Virus record (IMG/VR): IMGVR_UViG_3300005841_000939
From: a virus
Taxonomy: Duplodnaviria > Caudoviricetes
Strand: one strand, 5' to 3'
Length of the DNA: 64,000 bases
The notes under the pieces are model-generated. The model was not told where the DNA came from, did not search any database, and was given only the letters and a program-made list of their open reading frames with translations. The position numbers and the translations under genes are program-made. Below, piece after piece: positions 28,609 through 38,644 of the stretch. Position 1 is the stretch's first letter, and each line of letters starts with the position of its first letter.

Positions 28609-28953
28609 ATGGCCGAGAAACCAAAAGAAACCCCATCAGAAACAAAGCCATTTTCGGCTCTTGGCGCTGAACGTACTGAATCTAATATCAAGAAGAAGTC
28701 ATGGGAGCGCGAAGAACCATTCCAAGGTAAAAAGGGTGGTTATAATGCAGTTGGCACAAAGAGTAAGCAAAACGGTACTGGTGCCGAAAGATCAGAATCA
28801 GCATACCGCAAAGGGGAGCCAACAAAGGCAGAACCATTCATGGGCGGAAAAAATGAAGGTTACAAGCATGTTGGAACCAAATCAAAATCTGGTGGCGATG
28901 GCAAGGAACGCACAGAAAGTGCAATTCCTAAGAAGAGTCCATGGCGTAATTGA
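28609..28953 (+). CDS. Small basic Gly/Lys-rich repeat protein
   Basis: Strong TAAGGAG RBS; about 2.5 copies of EPFxGxKxxGYxxVGTKSKxxGxGxERxES; followed by a terminator. Confidence 0.7.
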   Translation: MAEKPKETPSETKPFSALGAERTESNIKKKSWEREEPFQGKKGGYNAVGTKSKQNGTGAERSESAYRKGEPTKAEPFMGGKNEGYKHVGTKSKSGGDGKERTESAIPKKSPWRN

Positions 28954-28968
28954 AGTAATTCAATGCTT

Positions 28969-29000
28969 AAACCCAAGATCAAAAGTCTTGGGTTTTTTGT
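28969..29000 (+). terminator. Rho-independent terminator
   Basis: AAACCCAAGA-loop-TCTTGGGTTT followed by a T-run. Confidence 0.75.
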
Positions 29001-29031
29001 TAAAGTTATAGGGACTTCTATCTTGTAAGCA

Positions 29032-29039
29032 TATAAATA
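29032..29039 (+). promoter_or_regulatory. T4-late-type promoter TATAAATA
   Basis: Exact match 6 nt before the endonuclease ATG. Confidence 0.5.
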
Positions 29040-29045
29040 TAAAGT

Positions 29046-30011
29046 ATGAAATATGACTTTAATGAAATTTATGCCGATTATGAATCAGGCTTAACTAAAA
29101 AACAACTATGTAAAAAATTTAAAATTAGTAATAAAACAATAAACAAGCTGTTTAAAGTTAATAATAAATCTTTACGTAATCCTGGATATAATTCTGGTTC
29201 ATATCATCACAAAGATAAACGTAAAGCTGATTTATACTACAAATTAGAAGAAAATTATCAATATATTGTTGATCAATATGCAAATGGAAAAACATCTGTT
29301 GAATTGGCTAAAGAATTCTATTGTAAACCGACATATATCATTGCATTCTTGCACAGAAAAAATATAGTCTTAAATGGACCTAATGAGATAAGACAAAAAG
29401 AACTTAAAGAAAAATTAGAATTAAACAAAGAAAAAATTATTGACCTTTATGTTAATCAACAAAAAAGAATTCAAGACATAGAAAAACAATTTAATCTATC
29501 AAGAGGAGTTGTAAGAAGATTTTTAAAAGAACATAATATATTAAGAACAAGAGCACAATCACGAAAAATATATCGAGGTGGTTTTTTAAATTTTTTCGAC
29601 AAAATGACTAAAGAAGAAAAGCAAGAATATTTTTGGAAAAATATATGTGTTAACAATCCAAATTCACAAGCAAATAAAACTTTCTTAATTCTTAAGGAAT
29701 TATTTCCAAACGTTATAATTGAGCCAGAAAAAATTTTCATTGTTGATGGAAAGAGAATGAGGGGAGACTTCTACTTTGAATGGAATGAAGAAAAATTTCT
29801 TGTTGAGTATAATGGAATTCAACACTACAAGCCAGTAAAGTTTCCTGGCATGGATGATGAGGCTGCAAAAGCTAAATTTGAATATCAAACAAACCGCGAT
29901 GAAAGATTACGATCTTATTGCGCTGAACAAGGTATTCTACTTATAGAAATTGATTGCAGAATCGCAAGAAAAAGTGGTTTACGAGAAACAATATTGGATC
30001 AGTTTAAATGA
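29046..30011 (+). mobile_element. Free-standing homing-endonuclease-like gene (repeated HTH modules + C-terminal PD-(D/E)XK/Vsr-like nuclease)
   Basis: Three HTH-like repeats (YESGLTKKQLCKKF, YANGKTSVELAKEF, YVNQQKRIQDIEKQF) followed by GDFY...VEYNGIQHY...RD...ILLIEID; very AT-rich. Confidence 0.7.
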
Positions 30012-30484
30012 CAGAAGATTATGTAACATTAACAATTACTGACATGAAAAAATTGATTGATGGGGTTATTGACTCAAACATATCATTATTTGCATCAATT
30101 GATTCATCAAAACTTCCATTATTGAAAAAATATCTTTTTGTCATTGTGGATGGATCAGGTGATGCAGATTTATGTTTTTTAAATAAAAGTAAAGTAAAAA
30201 CCCCGGGTCTTATTCATTATGAATTATTAGTAGAAAAATCTCAAAATTGTTTGTTTATCATAGACATGCCGCAGTGGATAAAATGTGATCCTGAAATAGC
30301 ATTCACGACCAAACCCACATCTATATTTATTTTTAATAAAATGTTTATAGGATCAGTTAATACTAAAGGTGAATTGAGAAAACTCATTAAACACCTTGGT
30401 TATACTAAGCATTATTTTAATGAATCGTATCCAATTGATTATGTAAGGAAACCTTTACAAAAAACTAAGAATCACAAGTCTTGA
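30008..30484 (+). CDS. Hypothetical protein
   Basis: 158-aa ORF with an ATGA-type overlap. Confidence 0.5.
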   Translation: MTEDYVTLTITDMKKLIDGVIDSNISLFASIDSSKLPLLKKYLFVIVDGSGDADLCFLNKSKVKTPGLIHYELLVEKSQNCLFIIDMPQWIKCDPEIAFTTKPTSIFIFNKMFIGSVNTKGELRKLIKHLGYTKHYFNESYPIDYVRKPLQKTKNHKS

Positions 30485-30541
30485 GGTTTTTTGTTTATAG
30501 GATTAGTTTGCAAATTATTTTTAATATTTTAAAATGATAAG

Positions 30542-31279
30542 ATGACAGCATGGATACAAATAGATAAAGATGGTATACCTAGAACAAGAAATCATTACGA
30601 ACTATATCATGGATTTCTTGAAATAGGAGAAGAAGTTAAAACTTACCATTTTGAAGATTTATTTTCTGGCAAATTAGATAATATTACAGTTGATGATATT
30701 TTTGTTGGTACAATTGAATCAACCAATAAAGCATTACAAATTCTTGGCAAAAAAGTTCCAGATTTGACATGCTATCCTGATGAATTGATGCATTTATATG
30801 GACGTAAAATTTGGTCATCAACAGTTGGAAAAATTCGTAAAGATGTCATTGACCCACAATTCACAGCAACATTTATAAAACCAAAAAAGACAAAAAAATT
30901 TGATGGTTTCATTCTTCGTAATTCATCAGAAGTTTTTAAATTAGATGAATGTGATGATACAACTGAAATATGGTGCAATGAATTAATTGATATGCAGTCT
31001 GAATTCAGATTTTATGTTCATAATCACAATGTTATAGGTGCATATCGGTATACCGGTGATTATAAAATTGCACCAAATATAGATGAAAGAATTTTCTTAG
31101 AACCATTATATTCAATTAAAAAACCACCAACATTTTATTCTGTTGATATTGCTTTCCTTAATCATAAAGATTGGGTAGTAATTGAAATGAATGATGGGTA
31201 TGCATTAGGTAATTACACACTATCGCCACGCAAATATGCATATGCTTGCCGTGATAGATGGTATGAAATGGTTGTATAA
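30542..31279 (+). CDS. ATP-grasp domain protein (DUF4343/R2K-like)
   Basis: FIKP, SEFRFYV, YSVDIA and VIEMNDGYALGNY motifs. Confidence 0.75.
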   Translation: MTAWIQIDKDGIPRTRNHYELYHGFLEIGEEVKTYHFEDLFSGKLDNITVDDIFVGTIESTNKALQILGKKVPDLTCYPDELMHLYGRKIWSSTVGKIRKDVIDPQFTATFIKPKKTKKFDGFILRNSSEVFKLDECDDTTEIWCNELIDMQSEFRFYVHNHNVIGAYRYTGDYKIAPNIDERIFLEPLYSIKKPPTFYSVDIAFLNHKDWVVIEMNDGYALGNYTLSPRKYAYACRDRWYEMVV

Positions 31280-31298
31280 TAGATTATCAGGAGAATCT

Positions 31299-32042
31299 AT
31301 GAAAGGTGTTATACTTGCCGGGGGATTCGGAACTCGCTTACGTCCATTCACAAAGAAGCTAAATAAAGGCTTAGCACCAATTTACACGCCTCAAGGTGCA
31401 ATTCCTCAATTAGTTTTTCCATTGAAAACTTTGACTAATTCTGGTATTACAGAAATAATGATTATTACTTCACAAGAACATTGTGGACAAATAGTTGAAA
31501 TATTCGGTGATGGCGAAGAATATGATTGCAGAATTACATATAAAATCCAAAACATGTATCCTAAAGATGGAATAGTTGGAATTGCTCAAGCATTGAAACT
31601 TTCTCAAGGATTTGTTGGTGTAGATGATTTTTCCGTTATTCTTGGCGATAATTTCTATGGTGATACCTTCAAAAGAGAGTTCAATGATTTTGAAATGAAC
31701 CCAAATATTCAAAAAGCAGCTATCTTTTTGAAAGAAGTTGATGATCCTGAAAGATTTGGTGTTGCAACTTTAGATTCAGATGGAAATGTTAAGTACATTG
31801 TAGAAAAGCCTGAGAAGCCAGAAACAAATTTTGCCGTATCTGGTCTTTATTGTTTTTCACCAGACTGTTTTGCAATTCTTCCAACACTCAAACCAAGTAG
31901 AAGAAAAGAATTGGAAATAACTGATTTAAATAATCATTATGCAAGATCAGGATGTATGAAAAGTTATACATTAGTTGGAGAGTGGTCTGATATGGGTTTA
32001 CCAGAATCAGCATTGAAAGTTTCAAATTATTTGAGTAAATAA
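31299..32042 (+). CDS. rmlA: Glucose-1-phosphate thymidylyltransferase (RmlA/RfbA family)
   Basis: MKGVILAGGFGTRLRP, GIAQA, ILGDN, PERFGV, EKPEKP and ELEITDLN; AGGAG RBS before the ATG at 31299. Confidence 0.85.
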   Translation: MKGVILAGGFGTRLRPFTKKLNKGLAPIYTPQGAIPQLVFPLKTLTNSGITEIMIITSQEHCGQIVEIFGDGEEYDCRITYKIQNMYPKDGIVGIAQALKLSQGFVGVDDFSVILGDNFYGDTFKREFNDFEMNPNIQKAAIFLKEVDDPERFGVATLDSDGNVKYIVEKPEKPETNFAVSGLYCFSPDCFAILPTLKPSRRKELEITDLNNHYARSGCMKSYTLVGEWSDMGLPESALKVSNYLSK

Positions 32043-32044
32043 TT

Positions 32045-32467
32045 ATGCCAAAATATACAAATACAAAACAATTCATTCAGCCAATCATGATTGAAGGAAA
32101 GAGATTGTTGGTTAGACCCAATCAAACAATTCAAACTTCTAAGGCAATTGATTTGTCAATTTATTCTTTTCTTGAATTAGCGCCAGATGATCGTGAAATA
32201 AGCAATGTTGCTGAAAGTAAAAATCAATTAGTTGTTGATAAAGCTAAAGAAGATCAAATTGCAGAATTAAAAACACATATTGAAAATCTTACGAAGAAGG
32301 TAGAAGAACCAGTCGTTTCTCAAGATATATTACAGCGCCTAGAAACTGTAGAAAAAAGACAAAAAGTTTTGAAAGATGCTATAGATACGTTAAATACTGC
32401 ATTGTCAAACCTTGAAAGTGAAGTATACTTTAATGGTACCTTCGTAATTGAAGATGAAAATAAATAA
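32045..32467 (+). CDS. Hypothetical protein with a coiled-coil C-terminus
   Basis: 140-aa ORF with a heptad-like C-terminal half. Confidence 0.55.
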   Translation: MPKYTNTKQFIQPIMIEGKRLLVRPNQTIQTSKAIDLSIYSFLELAPDDREISNVAESKNQLVVDKAKEDQIAELKTHIENLTKKVEEPVVSQDILQRLETVEKRQKVLKDAIDTLNTALSNLESEVYFNGTFVIEDENK

Positions 32468-32634
32468 TGTACGACGCAAAATATCAAAAACGAATTGATT
32501 CATTCACTACATTTCTATTTGGCAATGTACCTGAACGACCAATTGATTCACCTGATGATTTACCAAATCATGTAAAAACTGATAGAGAGTCAATGATGCC
32601 ACATATCAATCAAATTGACGAGGATAAAAAATAA
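32467..32634 (+). CDS. Small hypothetical protein (55 aa)
   Basis: MYDAKYQKRIDSF...EDKK fills the gap exactly and has a TAATG overlap with the PAAR gene. Confidence 0.5.
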   Translation: MYDAKYQKRIDSFTTFLFGNVPERPIDSPDDLPNHVKTDRESMMPHINQIDEDKK

Positions 32635-32927
32635 TGGCTGCAACAATTCTTACAGTTGGATGTCAAAGCGATCACGGTGGAACAATTATTACAGGTGATC
32701 CTTTGTTGACCATTAATGGTAAACCAGTTGCAAGAATTGGTGATTTACACTCATGTCCTCAGTTTTGGGTTTTAGTTCCACACTCAATTACTCCTATTGT
32801 AGCATCAAACCCTTGTCCATATCGTCCAAATATAAAAGGTAGATTAGCTGCAATATCTGGTGATACAACAGGTTGTGGAGCACGCCTTTTGCCATGCGCG
32901 GATCTTGGTACAATTCCAAGTTGCTGA
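32634..32927 (+). CDS. PAAR-repeat tail spike tip protein
   Basis: DHGG, INGKPVARIGDLHSCP, H, GRLAAISGDTTGCGA motifs (Zn-binding His/Cys). Confidence 0.88.
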   Translation: MAATILTVGCQSDHGGTIITGDPLLTINGKPVARIGDLHSCPQFWVLVPHSITPIVASNPCPYRPNIKGRLAAISGDTTGCGARLLPCADLGTIPSC

Positions 32928-32978
32928 TTGAATTTTCTTCTATACAATAGAAGTGAATTCATTTAAGAAAGAAAAATA

Positions 32979-33545
32979 ATGACACCAAAAATTTATGTTA
33001 AAGAATCAGCACGCACCGATGCTCCTACTGATAAAGTAGAAGAAAGATTGAAAACTATTCCTGGTTTGGATATTGTTCTTACATCAAATCTTAGAACTTT
33101 CGTGTCAGAAGGTGAAGATTTAGATAAGCTGAAGAAACTTATCTTTTATGGTAAGGGTGAATTGAGTGAAAAAGAATACGAAGGCAATACATTCTCAGAA
33201 GGTCGTTTAGTTGACGAAAAATTTGCTAAAACATTGCATGGTATTCTTGGTATTGCTACTGAATCAGGTGAACTTGTTGAAGCTTTGTTAAACAACATTA
33301 CATCAAATGAAAAAGTTGATGAAAATACAGTTCTTAAGGAAATTGATTCCGTAAACTTAGAAGAAGAAATCGGTGATCTATTCTGGTACATCGCTTTACT
33401 TTGCAGAACTTATAATTTTGACATTGAAAAGCTCATGCAAAAGAATATTGATAAACTCAAGTTGAGATTTCCTAACAAGTTCTCAGAAGAAAAGGCTATC
33501 AATCGTAACGTAGAAAAAGAACGTGTAGTATTGGAAGAAAAGTAA
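32979..33545 (+). CDS. MazG-like nucleotide pyrophosphohydrolase
   Basis: LHGILGIATESGELVE...NLEEEIGDLFWY...NIDKLKLRFP (ExxE...ExxD). Confidence 0.85.
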   Translation: MTPKIYVKESARTDAPTDKVEERLKTIPGLDIVLTSNLRTFVSEGEDLDKLKKLIFYGKGELSEKEYEGNTFSEGRLVDEKFAKTLHGILGIATESGELVEALLNNITSNEKVDENTVLKEIDSVNLEEEIGDLFWYIALLCRTYNFDIEKLMQKNIDKLKLRFPNKFSEEKAINRNVEKERVVLEEK

Positions 33546-34480
33546 TGGCAAAACCAATAAAAATCGTAGTTCACAATGATCTAGATGGTGGAGGTTCTGC
33601 CATCTGCATTGTGAACTATATTAATCAAAAATATGGTAAAGGTCATCCTTACGATATTTGGTTTGGTGGTTATGACAAGGTCAACCAATATGTTGAACGT
33701 GTCATGGATTGGCCAGACAAATATGAAGAAGTGATTATTGCTGATATTTCTACAAACGTTGAATTAGCTAAAGACTTTCCATCAAATTTCTTGACGTTGG
33801 ATCATCACGATTCAGCAGCAAAGTTGAATGGTATTGGTAATTGTATTATTGATACATCAGGCAATCATTGTGGTGCATCATTATGCTATAAGCATTTGTT
33901 GATGGATAATAACTATGAGTTCAAGCATCTTACAAATTTGGTAAAAATTTGTATTGATTATGACTTGTATCATTTAAAGCTTCCAAAGAATATTGCCAAG
34001 AATTTAAATTTCTTGTATTACTACTATTGGGGTGAAAAGTTTATTGCTAGATTCCTAAATGGATTTGATAAGTTCACTGACACTGAAAAGATTTTCTTGA
34101 AATCAAAATGGGCTGATATTGAAAAACAAATTGCTGATGCAGAGATTATTGATTTATTGCAAGAGGAACCTGGTAAAAAGGGTAAATTTGGAATATTCAT
34201 TATAAAAAGTGGGCAAGATGCAATTAATGATATTTGTGAAAATGCAATAAATGTCCTAGGATACGATATAATCATAGCCGCAAATCCAAATAAAGGTAAG
34301 ATTAGTGTTCGTGCATCAACACATGCAGAAGAAAAAGGTATGCACGTTGGCATGTTACATGAATCTTTAGGTATTGGTGGTGGACACCCTAAAGCTGGCG
34401 GCGCTCAATATGGTTCAGATGACGAACTGGAAAAGATTACTGAAGCTTATGCAAATCGGATTTTAGAACTAGAAATATAA
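33545..34480 (+). CDS. DHH/DHHA1 phosphoesterase
   Basis: HNDLDG, IADIS, DHHDS and GGGHPKAGG motifs. Confidence 0.85.
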   Translation: MAKPIKIVVHNDLDGGGSAICIVNYINQKYGKGHPYDIWFGGYDKVNQYVERVMDWPDKYEEVIIADISTNVELAKDFPSNFLTLDHHDSAAKLNGIGNCIIDTSGNHCGASLCYKHLLMDNNYEFKHLTNLVKICIDYDLYHLKLPKNIAKNLNFLYYYYWGEKFIARFLNGFDKFTDTEKIFLKSKWADIEKQIADAEIIDLLQEEPGKKGKFGIFIIKSGQDAINDICENAINVLGYDIIIAANPNKGKISVRASTHAEEKGMHVGMLHESLGIGGGHPKAGGAQYGSDDELEKITEAYANRILELEI

Positions 34481-34483
34481 ATA
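34476..34483 (+). promoter_or_regulatory. T4-late-type promoter TATAAATA
   Basis: Overlaps the DHH stop, upstream of 34510. Confidence 0.45.
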
Positions 34484-34509
34484 AATCCGATTTCGCATAT
34501 ACTTATGAA

Positions 34510-34728
34510 ATGCGATTAAGCAGAGACGAATTTTATGGTCATGTCAGGATTCAAAAGCTTGCCACGGCCATAAATAAAAAGACTAAAGAGAAACAAAATA
34601 ATCTTCTTGTAAAAGAGCCAGTCCTCATTCAACTATTAAAAGAGAATGAAGACTGGCTTGATTATATTGGTTTGAAATTAGACCTTAAAAATAAAAAGAG
34701 CATTTACCTAAGATGGGATATTGAATAA
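34510..34728 (+). CDS. Hypothetical protein
   Basis: 72-aa ORF coupled to the next gene by a TAATG overlap. Confidence 0.5.
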   Translation: MRLSRDEFYGHVRIQKLATAINKKTKEKQNNLLVKEPVLIQLLKENEDWLDYIGLKLDLKNKKSIYLRWDIE

Positions 34729-35054
34729 TGGCTTCTTCACCAAAGAAAAAGAAATTTGAGATTTTAGAAGATTCAACATCAGGTTTACGACTTCCGCTTG
34801 ATTTGCTGCTAATACATGATGTTGAAGATTTAGAAGATTCTTTATCCGCCAAATGGGTTGTAGAATCTGATGGAGCAATAACATTTCATAAAACAGATTA
34901 TGATTTAGAACTATTCGTTGAAGATTTAGATGAATTCAAATATTACCAATTAGATGATATTGAACATGATCGTATTCACGCTGCTATTGAATTACTAAAT
35001 AAAGCAGAAGATGATAATTTCTTAGATCATATTCTCAATCGTTTAGTTAGATAA
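34728..35054 (+). CDS. Hypothetical acidic protein
   Basis: 108-aa ORF. Confidence 0.55.
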   Translation: MASSPKKKKFEILEDSTSGLRLPLDLLLIHDVEDLEDSLSAKWVVESDGAITFHKTDYDLELFVEDLDEFKYYQLDDIEHDRIHAAIELLNKAEDDNFLDHILNRLVR

Positions 35055-35100
35055 TTACGTAATTTTGGTTCTCCTGGATTTATTATATAATGATAAAAGT

Positions 35101-35108
35101 TATAAATA
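35101..35108 (+). promoter_or_regulatory. T4-late-type promoter TATAAATA
   Basis: Exact match 25 nt upstream of 35134, with a GGAG RBS in between. Confidence 0.65.
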
Positions 35109-35133
35109 GTCTTTAATCTCACGGAGTGACCTA

Positions 35134-37980
35134 ATGCCAGTATCCTTTGTTTCAAAAGATCATGAAAAAGAATGGGACAAAGCCAAAGAAATAGCAACGG
35201 AACGCTTTGGTAGTCAAAAACATAAGTCGTTTTGGGCATTCACTAATTGGATGTATCATAAACTTGTAGGCGAACCATTGTCAGAAACATGGGATCATGA
35301 AAAGCCTATTGCAAAAGACAAACGCGTTTTCCCAACATCATATTATGGATGTTGGAAAGAAATGGAACGTTATATTAATCGCCATCCAGTTTATTCAACT
35401 CTTTCAGAAGATGATAAAGATGAATTGGCACATAATTGGTTCACTAACAATGAAGATCACACAAAATACGAAGTAACCAAACTCAATGAATTTATCAGTA
35501 CATATGGTAACGCAACATATGGAAATAATGGTTTATATGGCGGTGTAACACCTTTTGGTGGTGGACGTGATGAATCTCCCCGTGGTCCAATTGTTTATGG
35601 TTTTCCTGAACCAGGTACTCCATTGAATGGTAGCGGTGGAAGTGGCAATTATGGTTCAACTGTTGGATCAACTATTTCAAATGGAGTTGGAAATGTTCAA
35701 GATGCTGGTGGCCCAAGTGGAGGTGATCCAGCAATTGTAAATATCCCTCCAAAAGAATCAAATTACAAGCCATGGGAAACCACATTAGATAAAGATGGTA
35801 ATGTAGTTTCTGACATTGAACGTAAACAAGTAACACAAGCTGAAACAGATGCTTGGAATGGTCCATTAGGTGATGTTATTACATCATTGGAAGATAATGG
35901 TTTAAATGTTGAAGAATTCAATGACATGACAGAAGAACAGATTGAAGATGCAATTCTTCGTGCTCTGAAAAAAGAAAAATCAAAGCATGATTCACAAAAT
36001 ATGAATCAAAATGTTAATCAAATTCCCGGCACTATTCAAAATAAATTACAAGAAGCTTTTTCTTGGATGTCAGAAGAAGATATGCTTGATGAAGCAAAAC
36101 GTGAAAAGGGAGCAATTCCAAAAGCACGCGATTTGTTATCAAGTAAGTTTGGTGTAAAAAATGCCAAAGATAAAGATGAAAATGGTAGAAAATACGTTTT
36201 GAGTCGCAATGAAATTGAAAAAATAATGCGACAAAAAGGTTTAAATTATGACCCTCAATCAGGCCGTTGGCTTGAAAAGGGTGGTAAAGATCCAGAAGAA
36301 AAAGAAGACGTTGTTGTTGATCCAGAGTCTCCAGCAAAAGATGAAAAAGAAGATCCAGATGCACCTGAATTCACAAAGAAGGTTATTCCTAACGATCCAA
36401 ATCCATTACACAATCTTGAAATAATCGCAAAGATTAAAGATTATGAAGCTAGATACTTGCTTGGATTAGCACATGATGATCAATTGGCAGGTACATATAT
36501 CACTGATCCAAAAACAAATGAAAAGCTACCTCAAATTGATGGTGCAAGCATCCTTGCAAAATTAGAATTGTTGAAATACACTTGGCAACCTGATAAGACA
36601 ATATGGTTGAATCACCAATTGAGTCTTCCACCAGCAGTATTTGCCAATGGAGAAGACCGCCAATTTGTTTCTGGACGTGCAATTCTTTCCGCTATTACCA
36701 ACAATCCAAAATGGATTCAAGTCAATTCAGATGACAGTATGCCAGTTGAGCCTAAAGAATACGTTGCTCAAGAATTAGAGAAGAATGGTTATACTTGGGA
36801 TCCGAATTCATTGCAATGGTCATGGAAACCTGTAACAACACCTCAAACTATGAATGAATCATTTTTGGCAGAAGCAAATGACAATAAGAAAAACGTTGCC
36901 ATTAAGCAAGGTCAAGGTCGTTTCTTATATGACATTGATTCTGTAAACAATGCAAATGATAAAGAACAAATTAAAGATATTTTAAATCGTGCTTCAACAA
37001 AGAAGACTGATGAAAAGAATGTTGCAGTTGATTATCCACACGTTGAAAACTATTTGGATGATAAAGGATTTACTTTTGATCGCAGATTCAATATGTGGGT
37101 TGATCGTGATGGAACATTCCCAGCATCATTAGAAGATTTGGGTGAAACACCAGAAAGTTTTATTGGTCGTGGTATTCTTTATGCAAATGGTGATGAAAGT
37201 GCTATTGCTGTAGAAAATCAAAAAGATTCAACCAAGCGTGCTCCAAGAAAACGCGAAAAAAGCGTTATTGAAGATATGCAAGATCATGGATATTATTTTG
37301 ATGAAAATAGTGGTTGGAAAAAGAAAGAATCTATCCGAACAGAAGATGGACGTGAAATTTCTGAACCTCAAGAAGTTGCAGAATATAAAAAGCAACAACA
37401 AGAAAAGAAACAAGCTGAAATTGCTGCTAAAGAACAAGCAAAACAATTGAAGTTACAGCAACAACAAGCCAAGCAAGCAGAATTAGATAAAGCAAAAGCT
37501 GGCCAAGCACAATCGCAAAGTGAAGCTAGACTTCTTGATGCAAATTATGATCTTTTGAGTCCACAAGACAAACAAGCATATGATGATATGATTCTCAAAA
37601 AATCAGCTATGAAATCTATGGGAATGCAAACCTGGCCAACTGATGAAGAACAACAAAAGAAGGCAATTAAAGATTTCAGAAAATATCACAAGCAAGTTAT
37701 TGACCCAGCAACTGGAAAGAAAACTTGGATCAATCGCAATTCTGATATGAAGAAATTTGTTGAACCAAAATCTCCATTTAGACGTGCATTATCATCTATT
37801 ATAAAAAATACTGGAAGACTAGGTGCCGCAGCAGGAACTGGTTTAGGTGCAGCTTTATGGAATCTTGCAAGAGATAACGTACATGCTGCGGCTTATGCAG
37901 TAAATCCTTGGAATGTTGCCAAGAATGTGCAAAAGCCCGAAAATCTAAGAGCACCACATCCAAAATCAGATTTTAACTAA
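35134..37980 (+). CDS. Large acidic, probably virion-internal/ejected protein
   Basis: Late box; LNE/LQE/MNE/LAE motifs; five G(Y/F/L)x(W/F/Y)Dxxxxx W-like repeats; C-terminal Gly/Ala zipper. Confidence 0.6.
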   Translation: MPVSFVSKDHEKEWDKAKEIATERFGSQKHKSFWAFTNWMYHKLVGEPLSETWDHEKPIAKDKRVFPTSYYGCWKEMERYINRHPVYSTLSEDDKDELAHNWFTNNEDHTKYEVTKLNEFISTYGNATYGNNGLYGGVTPFGGGRDESPRGPIVYGFPEPGTPLNGSGGSGNYGSTVGSTISNGVGNVQDAGGPSGGDPAIVNIPPKESNYKPWETTLDKDGNVVSDIERKQVTQAETDAWNGPLGDVITSLEDNGLNVEEFNDMTEEQIEDAILRALKKEKSKHDSQNMNQNVNQIPGTIQNKLQEAFSWMSEEDMLDEAKREKGAIPKARDLLSSKFGVKNAKDKDENGRKYVLSRNEIEKIMRQKGLNYDPQSGRWLEKGGKDPEEKEDVVVDPESPAKDEKEDPDAPEFTKKVIPNDPNPLHNLEIIAKIKDYEARYLLGLAHDDQLAGTYITDPKTNEKLPQIDGASILAKLELLKYTWQPDKTIWLNHQLSLPPAVFANGEDRQFVSGRAILSAITNNPKWIQVNSDDSMPVEPKEYVAQELEKNGYTWDPNSLQWSWKPVTTPQTMNESFLAEANDNKKNVAIKQGQGRFLYDIDSVNNANDKEQIKDILNRASTKKTDEKNVAVDYPHVENYLDDKGFTFDRRFNMWVDRDGTFPASLEDLGETPESFIGRGILYANGDESAIAVENQKDSTKRAPRKREKSVIEDMQDHGYYFDENSGWKKKESIRTEDGREISEPQEVAEYKKQQQEKKQAEIAAKEQAKQLKLQQQQAKQAELDKAKAGQAQSQSEARLLDANYDLLSPQDKQAYDDMILKKSAMKSMGMQTWPTDEEQQKKAIKDFRKYHKQVIDPATGKKTWINRNSDMKKFVEPKSPFRRALSSIIKNTGRLGAAAGTGLGAALWNLARDNVHAAAYAVNPWNVAKNVQKPENLRAPHPKSDFN

Positions 37981-38612
37981 ATGGTTTGAAAAAAATCATC
38001 CCATTTAGTTTCATTTATTTCAAACCCTGATGTAACCAATACATTTTTAAATTCAATGGCATTATTGTCAGGATTATCAAATACCTGTATTTCTACAGGA
38101 TCGTAGATAAATTGAAACCAATAATTATAGTCTTTTTTAAGCCACAATTTTTTACTTAAATCAATAAAGTCTTGCAGAGTGTTACACTCTAAAATACCTC
38201 TATTAACTGTATGAATATTTCCTTTAACGGATTTTCTTTTAGTAATGAGTCGTAAACGTCTCATTTCAATAAATTTAAATAATTTTGCAGCTAAACTATT
38301 TTCAATATCACCTTGTGTAGAATCATTATAAACGCTAAATGGAATTACCTCATTAAAATGAGAATAATTTTGCATCGTATAGACTTTGTTGGTTATAAAA
38401 TCAACAACAGTTAATCCATAACCATCAGGATATAATGACTTGGTTCTAAATTTTAAATATTTATTTTCTTTTACAATTTCTGGAATATATTTTTCGTCTT
38501 TGGCAATTAAACCTGGATGTTCTACCATCCATTTCATGCCACCAGTGTATGCCTCAAAAAATAAAACTTCGCCCTTAGTATTTCTAAAAGCGAAGTTACA
38601 AGGTCCACCCAT
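37977..38612 (-). CDS. Hypothetical protein
   Basis: 211-aa ORF with a GGAG RBS; converges on 35134..37980. Confidence 0.55.
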   Translation of the reverse strand: MGGPCNFAFRNTKGEVLFFEAYTGGMKWMVEHPGLIAKDEKYIPEIVKENKYLKFRTKSLYPDGYGLTVVDFITNKVYTMQNYSHFNEVIPFSVYNDSTQGDIENSLAAKLFKFIEMRRLRLITKRKSVKGNIHTVNRGILECNTLQDFIDLSKKLWLKKDYNYWFQFIYDPVEIQVFDNPDNNAIEFKNVLVTSGFEINETKWDDFFQTI

Positions 38613-38644
38613 GGTTTATCTCCAGGGCTACATTGTATTATTTT

